Assembly: GCA_965223735.1 (NCBI GenBank)
Contig: OZ245010.1
Span: forward strand, 1,712,397 to 1,776,396
Direction of reading: 5' to 3'
Length of the DNA: 64,000 nt
Source of the DNA: Candidatus Oxydemutatoraceae bacterium
GTDB lineage: Bacteria > Pseudomonadota > Gammaproteobacteria > Poriferisulfidales > Oxydemutatoraceae
Shown here: piece by piece, positions 1 to 9,541 of the stretch
Layout: each line of letters begins with the position of its first letter
Position numbering within the stretch: position 1 is the first letter of the stretch
Position numbers and translations under genes: made by a program
The notes under the pieces: generated by a model
Told to the model about the DNA's origin: nothing
Seen by the model: the letters and a program-made list of their open reading frames with translations, nothing else
Databases searched by the model: none

Positions 1-93
1 CTGTTTCTTCAGCGCCAGATTTTCTTCCATCAGCCTGTTATGGTCTTCGAGCAAATCGTTCACCCGCTGCTCAAGTTCCGTCAGCAGTTGCAT
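1..93 (-). CDS. Partial small coiled-coil protein, TIGR02449/ZapB-like. Only the first 31 codons fall in the window; the gene continues past the left edge.
   Basis: Minus-strand ATG at 93-91. Translation is MQLLTELEQRVNDLLEDHNRLMEENLALKKQ, a coiled-coil heptad pattern typical of the small proteins found divergent from pepP/ygfB in gammaproteobacteria. Confidence 0.35.
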   Translation of the reverse strand, partial: MQLLTELEQRVNDLLEDHNRLMEENLALKKQ

Positions 94-765
94 ATTTCCT
101 CTCTGACTTAAATCAGGTTCCATTAAGCAACGGATTATGCTTATTTAGTAAGCAGGGTCAATACTTCTGCAAACCGGTCTCTGCATGATTTTTTGCATTC
201 TCAGCGATAACTTTTCGCGAGTTTGTGTAGAATGCACATTTTGAGTACGCATAACTTGCTGAAAAGGCGGAGAAAACACGTTGAAATTCATTGCAGAACA
301 TGTTCGAAAAAAACAGCGCATTTTACACGGTTGTTTTGATCTTCACGGGGTTTTGTCCGGCGTGTTAACTGTGGATATCTCTGCTCAACTCAAGTACCGA
401 GTACGGGAAATCGAGAAACCGGACACCGGCGCTGAGCGTTTCTCCGGAAGCGTCATACCGGATGGGGAAGCGCTGTTTGATGAAGGTCCCGGCCGACTCG
501 TCGAGGACGATATGCGGTCCGGGCCGCCGCCGTTTGAAGGCAACGGCGCGTCCGTGTCGGCGGACAATCGCCATGAGTGCGTGCAGGCGACGACCGATCG
601 TCGCAGAGGATCTGCATACGGGGTCGGCGTTGACAACACGTCGCTTAAAAATATCCCGTCCGGTTTGAGTTCAAAGTTTTCAAGCGGAATCTGCGAAGTC
701 GGCCTGACCGATTGCGCGGTTTCGCCGGATGACCGTAAGTGCGCCGGCGTGCCGATGGTGCGGGC

Positions 766-2103
766 ATGAGATCGCCCCGGACAAAGGCAGGCGCCATCAA
801 GGCCGGGGGCGAGTTCGCCCGCCGTCGGTGCGCGCTGATGCGTATGCTCGGCAAAGGTGCGCTCGCGGTGATTCCCGCCGCACCGACGGCGTCGCGCACA
901 CGCGACGTCGATCATCCTTATCGCCAGCACAGCGACTTCGCCTACCTGACCGGTTTTTGCGAACCCGATGCAATTGCGGTGTTCGCACCCGGATCACCCG
1001 AACGTCGTGGCGGCGAGTACATTCTGTTTTGTCGTCCCCGCGACGCGCAACGCGAGATCTGGGACGGTGCATTTGCCGGGTGTCGGGGGGCGGTGCGTGA
1101 TTTCGGTGCGGACCGCGCATTTCCGATCGGAGACTTTGACCGAGTCTTCCCAGAACTCGCAGCGAAATGCGCCCGCATCTACCTGCCGATGGACGGTGAG
1201 GAGACGCCGCACCGACACCTGCTGCGCCTGTTGCGACACCCGCTTCGCCAGAGCGGGGGCCGTCGTGAACTGCTCGCGCTTGAGGAGCCGGTTCACGAGA
1301 TGCGCCTGCGCAAGTCGCGCGGCGAGACCGCGTTGATGAGGCGGGCTGCGGTGATTTCGGCGACAGCGCACCGGCGCGCGATGCGCGCGTGCCGCCCAGG
1401 CGTATTTGAATATCAGCTCGCAGCCGAGATCCACTATGAGTTCGAGCGGGCCGATGCGGTGCCCGCGTATCCGTCCATCGTGGCTGGCGGCGTTAACGCG
1501 TGCACCCTGCATTACACGCGCAACGGTGACGCGCTCAGGGACGGTGATTTGCTGCTGATAGACGCCGGCGCCGAGTGTCAGCTTTACGCAAGCGACATTA
1601 CCCGCACGTTTCCGGTCGGCGGACGCTTCAGGCCGGTGCAGCGTGAACTGTACGAGGTCGTGCTCGAAGCGCAGTCCGCGGCGATCGGCGAAGTGCGTCC
1701 GGGCAACACCTGGGAGGACGTACATGGTGCGGCGGTGCGTACACTGACCCGGGGGCTGGTCGCGCTCGGGTTGCTCAGGGGGCAGGTGCGGCGCTTGATC
1801 GCTGCTCGCGAGTATCAGCGCTTTTACATGCACCGCACCGGCCACTGGCTCGGCATGGAAGTGCACGACGTGGGTTGTTACAGCGACGGTGTGCACCCGC
1901 GGCGGTTTGAGCCCGGCATGGTGCTGACCGTCGAACCGGGGCTTTATATTCGCACCGGCGCCGACGTGCCGCGCCGCTGGCGCAACACCGGTATTCGTAT
2001 TGAGGACGACCTCGTAGTGACCAAAGACGGCGCGCGCGTTCTGAGCGACGGCGTGCCGAAAGACCCTGACGAGATCGAGGCGCTGGTTTCGGCGGGTGGA
2101 TGA
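766..2103 (+). CDS. pepP: Xaa-Pro aminopeptidase (M24B family)
   Basis: Long ORF with PepP-like N-terminus (EFARRRCALM..HPYRQHSDFAYLTGFCEPDA) and the M24 metal-binding core (HRTGHWLGMEVHD, EPG..Y). ATG at 766 sits in an ATGA overlap with the upstream ORF. pepP-ubiH-ubiI synteny. Confidence 0.85.
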   Translation: MRSPRTKAGAIKAGGEFARRRCALMRMLGKGALAVIPAAPTASRTRDVDHPYRQHSDFAYLTGFCEPDAIAVFAPGSPERRGGEYILFCRPRDAQREIWDGAFAGCRGAVRDFGADRAFPIGDFDRVFPELAAKCARIYLPMDGEETPHRHLLRLLRHPLRQSGGRRELLALEEPVHEMRLRKSRGETALMRRAAVISATAHRRAMRACRPGVFEYQLAAEIHYEFERADAVPAYPSIVAGGVNACTLHYTRNGDALRDGDLLLIDAGAECQLYASDITRTFPVGGRFRPVQRELYEVVLEAQSAAIGEVRPGNTWEDVHGAAVRTLTRGLVALGLLRGQVRRLIAAREYQRFYMHRTGHWLGMEVHDVGCYSDGVHPRRFEPGMVLTVEPGLYIRTGADVPRRWRNTGIRIEDDLVVTKDGARVLSDGVPKDPDEIEALVSAGG

Positions 2104-3348
2104 GTGTCGGCAATGAAGGCCTTTGACATAACGATCATCGGCGGCGGTCTCGCGGGCGCCGGTCTGGCAGCGGCGTTGCGTGGCTACCCCGGGCGTGTCG
2201 CACTGGTCGAGACGCACGCGCGCGATGTACTGTTCGAGGTGACGTTTGACGAGCGCAGCATCGCGCTCGCCGACGTCAGTCGCCGCATCCTTGACACGCT
2301 GGGGCTGTGGGATGCGCCGGCGATGCAGGTGCATCCGATCCGCGAGATCCGCGTATCCGAAAAAGGCGTGTTCGGCGCCACCCGCATCTGCGCCGCGCAC
2401 GAGAGGCTGGACGCACTCGCGTGGACGGTGCCCCACCGCGTGCTCGGTCAGGCGTTGCACCGGGATCTGCACGGCCTTGAACTGTTCTCACCGGCGACGG
2501 CGACGGCGCTGGCGCAGCACGCGGACCGCGTGACGGTCACGCTTGAGCAGGCGGGGGTATGCCGCGAGATCGAAACCCGCCTGCTGGTGCTTGCTGACAG
2601 CGGCGGACTGCGGGCTGCGGCCGGGTTTGACACCGTGGTATCCGACTACGGGCAGGCCGCCGTTGTGGTCAACATTGAAACCGAGATCGCCTGCGGCGAC
2701 GTGGCTTATGAGCGTTTCACGCCGCAGGGCCCGCTCGCGGTGCTGCCGCTCGGCGGTTCGCGTTGCGGTGTCGTGTGGACGCGGGCGCGGAATGAAGCCG
2801 CCGCCGTCGCCGCGGAACCCGACGAGCGGTTCATCGAGCGGCTGCAAGCTGACTTCGGTCGCCGTCTGGGACGTATTCTGCGCGTTGGCGGGCGCTCGGT
2901 GTTTCCGTTGCGCCTCGTGCGGACGACGCAAATGGTCAGGGGGCGCGTCGTTGTGCTCGGCAACGCCGCCCACACGCTGCACCCGGTTGCGGGGCAGAAC
3001 TTCAATCTCACGTTGCGTGATATTGCGGCGCTTGCCGAAAGTGTGTTCGCTGCGGACGACGCGGGCGCACGTGCCGGTCTCGCCGCGTGGCAGGATCAGC
3101 GCCGCGCCGATGTCCGGCGTGTTGCACGCTTCACCGATTTTCTGGCGCGCGCATTCACCCGGTGTCGGCGCGTGTTCGCGCCGGTGCGCGGTGCGGCGTT
3201 GCTCGGCTTTGAGTTGTTTCCGCCTCTGCGCCGCGCCGTCGTGCGTAGAAGCCTCGGCCTGTTGCCGTCGGCGTCGCGCCTCGCGAGCGGCCTGCCGCTG
3301 ACGCCCCGGAAGCCGCGGGCGGCGCGGGGAGAAGCGCGTGCCGGCTGA
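2104..3348 (+). CDS. ubiH: 2-octaprenyl-6-methoxyphenol hydroxylase (FAD-dependent monooxygenase)
   Basis: N-terminal FAD fold IIGGGLAGAGLA, a UbiH/Coq6-family ORF immediately downstream of pepP. Conserved order pepP-ubiH-ubiI. Confidence 0.8.
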   Translation: MSAMKAFDITIIGGGLAGAGLAAALRGYPGRVALVETHARDVLFEVTFDERSIALADVSRRILDTLGLWDAPAMQVHPIREIRVSEKGVFGATRICAAHERLDALAWTVPHRVLGQALHRDLHGLELFSPATATALAQHADRVTVTLEQAGVCREIETRLLVLADSGGLRAAAGFDTVVSDYGQAAVVVNIETEIACGDVAYERFTPQGPLAVLPLGGSRCGVVWTRARNEAAAVAAEPDERFIERLQADFGRRLGRILRVGGRSVFPLRLVRTTQMVRGRVVVLGNAAHTLHPVAGQNFNLTLRDIAALAESVFAADDAGARAGLAAWQDQRRADVRRVARFTDFLARAFTRCRRVFAPVRGAALLGFELFPPLRRAVVRRSLGLLPSASRLASGLPLTPRKPRAARGEARAG

Positions 3349-4513
3349 CCGCGTCGTTGTTGTCGGCAGCGGCGTCACCGGTCTTGCCTGCGCCGCCGGT
3401 TTCGCGCAGATCGGCTGTCCGGTCGTGTTGTGCGGCGACGAGCCGCTGCCGTTTGACGTCGCTCAGGATCACGACCTGCGCGTGTTTGCGCTGAATGACG
3501 CATCCTGTGAATTGCTGCGGCGTCTCGACGTGTGGGACGCCGTCGCTGCCCAGCGGCTCTGTCCTTACGAGAAGATGGAGGTGTGGGCCGGGCGCGGGCG
3601 CGTGACGTTTCACGCAACCGACGTCGCCCGGGCGCAACTCGGCGTGATCGTTGAAAACCGGCTCCTGTGCAGTGTGCTGTTTGAGCATCTGCGCGGATGC
3701 CGCAAGGTTGAGGTTCGCTGTCCGGCGCGGCTGCAATCCATGCGATCCGTCGCCGACGGGGACGCCTGGTGCGTTGCGTTCGACGACGGCGGCGAAATTG
3801 AAGCGGGTCTTGTCGTCGGTGCCGACGGCGCCGATTCGCAGGTGCGGGCATACGCCGGCATCGTTTACAGGCGTCATGGATATGGTCAGGAGGCGATCGT
3901 CGCGACGGTCGAGTGTGAAGTCGCGCACGACAACATTTGTCTGCAATGTTTCTCGCGCGACGGCATCGCGGCTTTGTTGCCGCTCACCGGGTGCGGCGGG
4001 AAGTTGGGCTCCGTTGTGTGGTCGTGCAACAGGCCGCTCGCCGACGAACTCGCCGCGTTGCCCGACGAGGCGTTCGGTAAACGGCTGATGCAGGTGCTGG
4101 AGAATCGTCTCGGGGCGATGGCGCCGGTTTCGAGGCGCGTCGCCTTCCCTTTGTACGGCGCGCTGGCCGACGACTACATCGGCGCCGGTATCGCGCTGGT
4201 CGGCGACGCCGCGCACAGCGTCCACCCATTGGCGGGGCAGGGTGCGAACATGGGGCTGGCCGACGTGCGCGTGCTGACCGACGCCGTGGCGTCTGCGGCG
4301 TGTGGTGCGGGTCTTCGCCGGTCGGTGCTGCGCCGCTATCAGCGCAACGTCAAGGGACGCAACCTCGGTATGAAGTACGCTCTCGACGCGATCCGCTGGT
4401 GGTTTGTCGGCGAGCATTTGCCGCCGGGCGTGCTGCAATCTGCGGCGCTGGATCTTACCGACCGCTGTCTGCCGCTGAAGATCTGGTTCATGGAGAAGGC
4501 AGCCGGCAACTGA
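3338..4513 (+). CDS. ubiI: UbiH/UbiF/VisC-family FAD-dependent hydroxylase (ubiquinone biosynthesis)
   Basis: GSGVTGLACA Rossmann motif, family resemblance to UbiH, and position after ubiH. Overlaps the ubiH 3' end by 11 nt. Confidence 0.7.
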   Translation: MPADRVVVVGSGVTGLACAAGFAQIGCPVVLCGDEPLPFDVAQDHDLRVFALNDASCELLRRLDVWDAVAAQRLCPYEKMEVWAGRGRVTFHATDVARAQLGVIVENRLLCSVLFEHLRGCRKVEVRCPARLQSMRSVADGDAWCVAFDDGGEIEAGLVVGADGADSQVRAYAGIVYRRHGYGQEAIVATVECEVAHDNICLQCFSRDGIAALLPLTGCGGKLGSVVWSCNRPLADELAALPDEAFGKRLMQVLENRLGAMAPVSRRVAFPLYGALADDYIGAGIALVGDAAHSVHPLAGQGANMGLADVRVLTDAVASAACGAGLRRSVLRRYQRNVKGRNLGMKYALDAIRWWFVGEHLPPGVLQSAALDLTDRCLPLKIWFMEKAAGN

Positions 4514-4650
4514 TGCGGGATTGCCTTGCGTCCGTGCACGTTGAAGGTGCGGAGCGGGCCTGGTGTCGGCTCAGGCGGCCACGTCGGCAGCCGCCGGATA
4601 ATGGCCGGCGATGTTGTCGCCCCGGATTGAATTCGCTGAACAAGTTGTGA

Positions 4651-5154
4651 TTACGAGGCCAGCACGGTTATTGCGGCGTCATAATCGGGTTCGTTTGCGA
4701 TCTCGCTGACCAGTTCGGCGTGCCGGATGACGTTGTCTTCGTCAATCACGATGACCGCCCGTGCGGTGATGCCTGCCAGCGGGCCGTTTTCGATCAGCAC
4801 GCCGTAGTCCTTGGCGAACGCTCTTGAACGCATCAGCGACAGCGGGATCACGTTGTTGAGGTTTTCACTTGAACAAAAGCGCGACATCGCGAACGGGAGG
4901 TCGGATGAAATGATCAGGAACACCGCGTCGGGGTTGCGTTGCGCCGCCTCGTCAAACTTCTTTGTAGAGGTTGCGCACACCGGCGTATCAAGACTCGGCA
5001 CGATGTTCAGCAACTTTCGCTTGCCCTGGAAGTCCTTGAGACTGACGTCTTCAAGATCCTTGTTGACCAGCGTAAAGTCGGGCGCCTCCGCCTCCGGCGC
5101 CGGAAAGACACCGTGCGTGTGTATTTTGTTGCCTTGTAAAGTGATCTCCGTCAT
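4651..5154 (-). CDS. tpx: Thiol peroxidase (atypical 2-Cys peroxiredoxin)
   Basis: Alignable along its length to E. coli Tpx (FTLV.KDL..V.L..F.GKRK.LNI.PS.DT.VCA.S..KF, LPFA.SRFC..E.L.NV). Start chosen at MTEITLQ. Confidence 0.85.
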   Translation of the reverse strand: MTEITLQGNKIHTHGVFPAPEAEAPDFTLVNKDLEDVSLKDFQGKRKLLNIVPSLDTPVCATSTKKFDEAAQRNPDAVFLIISSDLPFAMSRFCSSENLNNVIPLSLMRSRAFAKDYGVLIENGPLAGITARAVIVIDEDNVIRHAELVSEIANEPDYDAAITVLAS

Positions 5155-5432
5155 GGCTTGATTCCTGTTGGGTTGGTTTTGCAACGCGACGCCCGTTTTC
5201 AGGCGACGGGCAGGCTGCTGTTTTTCAGAGGCCTATATTCTACTTGCAGAGCCGCTTGCGGGGCTAAGTATATAATTGCCCTTGTTTAATTAGAAACCGG
5301 AGCCGGTCCAGCCCGAAAACCCCGGAGCAGGGCGGTTACAGCGGCGGGGCTTTGCGGGCGCCCGCCGTAATCCGCTGATTTTATGTGCATAACAAGGGTA
5401 CCTGAACGGCCGCCCGCCGGGCGGCGGAGCGT

Positions 5433-6140
5433 ATGAACGACTTCAGCCACGCTTTTCGTGTCGCCGTCGAGATGGTGGCGGCACTTGATCCCGACCTGCT
5501 CGAGATCATCAGTTTATCGCTTACGGTGAGTTTGACCGCGGTCGTAATCGCCGCGGTGATCGGCCTCTGCATCGGCGCAACGTTGGCGGTCAGCCGTTTT
5601 CCGACGCGCAATTTCTGGATCAGCCTGCTGACTGCCTTCATGGGCCTCCCGCCGGTGGTGGTGGGGTTGTTCGTTTACCTGATGCTGTCGCGCTCGGGCC
5701 CGCTCGGCGTGCTTGGACTGTTGTACACGCCGGGCGCGATGATCATCGCCCAGACCTTGCTGATCTTCCCGATCATTGCGGCGCTGACTTACCAGACCGT
5801 GCGGGATCTGTACCTTGAATACGGCGAACAACTGCGTTCTCTGGGTTGCCGGATGCCGCATACGGTGGGCACTTTGCTGTGGGAGGGGCGTTTCAGCCTG
5901 CTGACCGCGGTGCTCGCCGGTTTCGGGCGCGCCATCGCCGAGGTCGGCGCGGTGCTGATCGTCGGTGGCAACATCAATCATGCGACGCGCGTGATGACCA
6001 CCGCAATTGCGCTCGAAACCAGCAAGGGCAATCTCGCGCTGGCGCTGGCGCTCGGCATGGTGTTGATCGTGTTGTCCCTGTTGATCACTTTCTCCGCGCA
6101 GGCGCTGCGTAATCTCGGCGAATCACGGCTGCACGTCTGA
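5433..6140 (+). CDS. ABC transporter permease (tungstate/anion TupB-like)
   Basis: A 235-aa polytopic membrane ORF with an ABC permease fold, first gene of a permease-ATPase-binding protein operon. Confidence 0.6.
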   Translation: MNDFSHAFRVAVEMVAALDPDLLEIISLSLTVSLTAVVIAAVIGLCIGATLAVSRFPTRNFWISLLTAFMGLPPVVVGLFVYLMLSRSGPLGVLGLLYTPGAMIIAQTLLIFPIIAALTYQTVRDLYLEYGEQLRSLGCRMPHTVGTLLWEGRFSLLTAVLAGFGRAIAEVGAVLIVGGNINHATRVMTTAIALETSKGNLALALALGMVLIVLSLLITFSAQALRNLGESRLHV

Positions 6141-6853
6141 TGGTTTCACTGCACCTGACAGTTGCTGATCTCGACTATGCCGTGCGTGGTCACACGCTGT
6201 TGCGCGACATCAATTTCACCAGCGATGCCGATGCCTGCACCGCGTTGCTCGGCGCCAACGGTGCGGGCAAGACCACGCTGTTGCGGCTTTGCCATGGTCT
6301 GATCGAGCCGAGCGGCGGCGACATCCGCTGGGGTGACGCGTCGCCGCGCGACCTCGGCGGACGCATCGCGATGGTGTTCCAGAGACCCCGTCTGCTCAGA
6401 CGCAGCGCCTACGCCAACGTCGATTACGTCCTGCGTCTGCATGGGTTTTCGGACGAGGAAAGACGGCGGTGCATCACCGAGGCGTTCAGGCTGGTCGGCC
6501 TCGAGCACCGTGCGACACATCAAGCGCATTTGCTGTCCGGCGGCGAGCAACAGCGGCTTGCGGTCGCGCGCGCCTGCGCACTCAGCCCGGACGTTATCCT
6601 GATGGATGAGCCGACCGGCCGGCTTGATATGGAATCCACTGAGCGGGTTGAGGATGCGATTAGAAGCCTCAAGCGTGCCGGCACCAAGATCATCTTCACG
6701 TCGCATAATCTTTCTCAGGTCAGGCAATTGTGCGACGATGTTATTTTTCTCGATCGCGGGTGTCTGATTGCGCACGCCGCGTGCGAGGAGTTTTTCAGCA
6801 GCACCGGGAACAAGACGATATGCGATTTTCTCCGCCTGCAAGCCGCTTTCTGA
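6140..6853 (+). CDS. ABC transporter ATP-binding protein (TupC-like)
   Basis: Walker A GANGAGKTT, ABC signature LSGGEQQRLAVARA, Walker B ILMDEP. Start overlaps the permease stop. Confidence 0.7.
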   Translation: MVSLHLTVADLDYAVRGHTLLRDINFTSDADACTALLGANGAGKTTLLRLCHGLIEPSGGDIRWGDASPRDLGGRIAMVFQRPRLLRRSAYANVDYVLRLHGFSDEERRRCITEAFRLVGLEHRATHQAHLLSGGEQQRLAVARACALSPDVILMDEPTGRLDMESTERVEDAIRSLKRAGTKIIFTSHNLSQVRQLCDDVIFLDRGCLIAHAACEEFFSSTGNKTICDFLRLQAAF

Positions 6854-7695
6854 AGTCCACCCCGGGGCTATTGCCGGGGTTATTGCTGGGGTTATTGCCG
6901 GGGACATTTCTGGGGATGTCCCCCGGTGCATTATCCGGCGGACAGGCCGTCGCATCGGCGCATCCCGTCAGGCTGGCTTCGACGACCTCGACCGATAATT
7001 CAGGGCTTTACGAAGTGTTGCTGTCCGCGTTCAAGCGCGACACCGGTATTGAGGTACACGTGATCGCCGTCGGTACCGGTCGTGCGTTGAGCATTGCGCG
7101 CCGCGGCGACGCCGACGTCCTGATCGTTCATGACGAACCATCAGAATTGGAATTTGTGCGCGAAGGCTACGGCGTTTCGCGCAAGACCTTTATGTTCAAT
7201 GACTATGTGCTGGTCGGGCCGGTCGCGGGTGCCGCCGACATTGTGGGTGCGGTCGGCGTCGTCGAGGTGCTTCGGCGTATCGCAAAAAGCGGTGCAATCT
7301 TTGTTTCGCGCGGCGACGACAGCGGCACACACAAAAAGGAGTTGTCATTGTGGCGTATGGCGTTGAATGTGGTGCCGTCGGAGCGTGGCTGGTACCGCGA
7401 AGTCGGCAGGGGCATGGGTGCGGCATTGAACATCGCCAATGAGCTCAATGCGTACACCTTGTCCGACCGCTCAACTTGGATCAGTTTCAATAACCGCCCG
7501 AACTTGAAAGTGATCGCCGAGAATGATCCGCCGCTGCGCAATCCCTACAGTGTCATTCTGGTCAATCCCGGGCGTCACCCCGGCGTACGTTTTCACGGGG
7601 CGCGGACGTTTGCCGACTGGCTGACTTCCGAAAAGGGGCTTTCGTTGATCCGCGCTTTCAGGGTGCGCGGTGAACAGTTGTTCTTTCCTCTTTGA
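6820..7695 (+). CDS. Periplasmic oxyanion (tungstate TupA-like) substrate-binding protein
   Basis: Signal peptide followed by TTSTDNSGL..VIAVGTGRAL..ARRGDADVLIVHD..FMFNDYVLVGP, which resembles TupA-family binding proteins. Overlaps the ATPase 3' end in another frame. Start chosen at MRFSPPAS. Confidence 0.6.
   Translation: MRFSPPASRFLKSTPGLLPGLLLGLLPGTFLGMSPGALSGGQAVASAHPVRLASTTSTDNSGLYEVLLSAFKRDTGIEVHVIAVGTGRALSIARRGDADVLIVHDEPSELEFVREGYGVSRKTFMFNDYVLVGPVAGAADIVGAVGVVEVLRRIAKSGAIFVSRGDDSGTHKKELSLWRMALNVVPSERGWYREVGRGMGAALNIANELNAYTLSDRSTWISFNNRPNLKVIAENDPPLRNPYSVILVNPGRHPGVRFHGARTFADWLTSEKGLSLIRAFRVRGEQLFFPL
6864..6905 (+). repeat. Three tandem ~14-15 bp units (GGG[G/C]TTATTGC[C/T]GG) inside the tupA-like signal-peptide coding region
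   Basis: Direct reading: ggggctattgccgg ggttattgctgg ggttattgccgg, encoding GLLPGLLLGLLPG. Confidence 0.6.
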
Positions 7696-7710
7696 CGCGG
7701 ATCGGCCGGA

Positions 7711-8265
7711 TCAGCGCGGTGCCGGTTGCATCAGCGTCAATTCGCGCCCCGACTGGCTGAAGTCGAGGCGCTTGAGGAACTCCATGCCGAGCAGGATGCT
7801 GTCGCCCTCCATGTGCGGGTTGATACTGCCGTTGAGGTCGTCGAGACGGATGCCGCCGACTTCAACGCTGTCGAGGCGGGTGCGGTAAACGGTGACCGTG
7901 CCGTTTGCGGTGCGGGCATAAAACGGCGCGCCGTGCACGAGGTTCAGCTTGTTCGCCACTGCCGCGGGGATGTTCACGTCGCTTGCGCCGGTGTCCACCA
8001 GAAAGTTGACCGGGCGGCCGTTGATGTTGCCGCTCGTGACGTAATGGCCGTAACGGTTGCGTACCAGCACAACGCGCATACCGCCGTCCACAAGCCGCTC
8101 GGACACCGGCGCCGTGTTCGGGTTGTAGAGTTTGACCAGATAATCTTCAAAGAACAGAAACAACAGCACCAACACCGAGATCCAGGTCGCCGTGAGCATG
8201 AACCGTCCGTAGCGGCGGCTGACCGGCGCTTCCGGGTGCGGGGGTTCGTCATGGCCGTGGTTCAT
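7711..8265 (-). CDS. Retropepsin-like aspartic protease (TIGR02281 family), membrane-anchored
   Basis: N-terminal TM segment, DTGAS catalytic motif (FLVDTGASDVNIP) and a clan AA fold. Confidence 0.6.
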   Translation of the reverse strand: MNHGHDEPPHPEAPVSRRYGRFMLTATWISVLVLLFLFFEDYLVKLYNPNTAPVSERLVDGGMRVVLVRNRYGHYVTSGNINGRPVNFLVDTGASDVNIPAAVANKLNLVHGAPFYARTANGTVTVYRTRLDSVEVGGIRLDDLNGSINPHMEGDSILLGMEFLKRLDFSQSGRELTLMQPAPR

Positions 8266-8328
8266 TTCGGGAATTATATAACTTCGGACATTCGGGACCG
8301 TTCGCGTCTGCACTTTGAAGATGAACGT

Positions 8329-9066
8329 TCAGTCGGTTTCTGCGACCATCAATTCGCGCGCTTTTTCTGCAAGTTGTTTGCGGTCGCCGTCGCCGGGCAG
8401 GCTGTCGGTGTAGCGCACGACGGCGTGTATGCACGGCTCGCCGAGCACCGCGAGGGCATGGGTGAAGAACGGCACGTCGCTGGTGTAGGGCGCTTTCTCG
8501 TGAACGCCGTCGTGTGCGCTGTTGCACGGGTAAGTGATGACCATCGGCTGCACCCACGCATGGGTGTCGATCGCGGCCATGAACAGGCGGGGGTGAAAGC
8601 GCTGTATTTCGGTGCCGTCCGAAGTCGTGCCTTCGGGAAAGAACGCGACGCTGGCGCCGACGCGCAGGCGTTCGCTGATCAACTGCGCCGCGGTTTCCGC
8701 GCCGGCGCCGCGGTCTATGAACAAGGTGCCGGCTTTGCGCGCGAGATAACCGATGATCGGCCAGCGCGCGACCTCGGCTTTCGACAGAAAACTCACCGGT
8801 TGCAGGCTGCCGACGATCACGATGTCCATCCACGAGATATGGTTGGCGACGACCAGCGACGCGCCTTCGGCGGGTTTGCCGTGAATATGCAGGCGGATGC
8901 CGACCAGTCGCGTGCAGGTGCGCAGCCACCAGCACACGATGCCGCGTTGCCGGGCGTTGCCCGCTTTATGTCCGTCGGGCGTCAGCGCGAAGATGCACAG
9001 CAGTATGCCGATGACGACGTGGATGCCGATCAGCGGGAGACGGATTGCAATGCGCAGGACGCTCAT
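8329..9066 (-). CDS. 1-acyl-sn-glycerol-3-phosphate acyltransferase family (PlsC/LPLAT)
   Basis: NHISWMDI (HX4D acyltransferase motif) and FPEGTTS motif. N-terminal TM segment. Confidence 0.75.
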   Translation of the reverse strand: MSVLRIAIRLPLIGIHVVIGILLCIFALTPDGHKAGNARQRGIVCWWLRTCTRLVGIRLHIHGKPAEGASLVVANHISWMDIVIVGSLQPVSFLSKAEVARWPIIGYLARKAGTLFIDRGAGAETAAQLISERLRVGASVAFFPEGTTSDGTEIQRFHPRLFMAAIDTHAWVQPMVITYPCNSAHDGVHEKAPYTSDVPFFTHALAVLGEPCIHAVVRYTDSLPGDGDRKQLAEKARELMVAETD

Positions 9067-9541
9067 GCGGGATCGGCCGTGTCGGGTCGCAACCCGTCCG
9101 GCGCCGGGTGAATGTCAACCAGTCGCGTGCAGGTGCGCAGCCACCAGCGCACGATGCCGCGCTGCCGCGTGCTGCCCGTTCTATGTCTGTCGGGTGTCAG
9201 CGCGAAGATGCACAGCAGTATGCCGACGACGACGTGGATGCCGATCAGCGGGAGACGGACGGCGATGCGCAGGGCGCTCATGCGGGATCGGTCGGGGTGG
9301 ATCGGAACCCGTCCGGCGCTGGGTGGAGATCGATCAGCCGCGTGCAGGTGCGCAGCCACCAGTGCACGATGCCGCGCTGCCGCGTGCTGCCCGTTCTATG
9401 TCTGTCGGGCGTCAGCGCGAAGATGCACAGCAGTATGCCGATGACGACGTGGATGCCGATCAGCGGGAGACGGATTGCAATGCGCAGGACGCTCATGCGG
9501 GATCGGCCGTGTCGGGTCGCAACCCGTCCGGCGCCGGGTGG
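8896..9541. repeat. Three tandem ~215-bp copies of the acyltransferase 5' end (about 45 codons) plus its upstream region
   Basis: Copies end at about 9110, 9326 and 9541 with a few substitutions. This produces the pseudo-ORFs 9063..9359(-) and 9278..9496(-), which repeat [18 protein letters not shown]. Confidence 0.8.

Noticed and set aside
281-769. Calling 281..769(+) as a YgfB-like gene purely on position and ATGA coupling
   Set aside because: The translation is unlike UPF0149 proteins. Codon usage is inconsistent along its length, and a competing 365..574(-) ORF exists. Left uncalled and reported as a finding instead.
994-2472. Very long antisense ORFs lying opposite real genes: 994..2472(-), 3155..4438(-), 7726..9111(+), 43003..45099(-), 51789..53573(-), 6146..6955(-), 10365..11051(-)
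   Set aside because: Typical high-GC artefacts with Arg/Ala/Pro-rich low-complexity translations. They overlap well-supported genes on the other strand and have no recognisable motifs.
9063-9496. ORFs 9063..9359(-) and 9278..9496(-) as independent small genes
   Set aside because: They are duplicated copies of the acyltransferase N-terminus inside the 215-bp tandem repeat. Each runs into unrelated sequence after about 45 codons.
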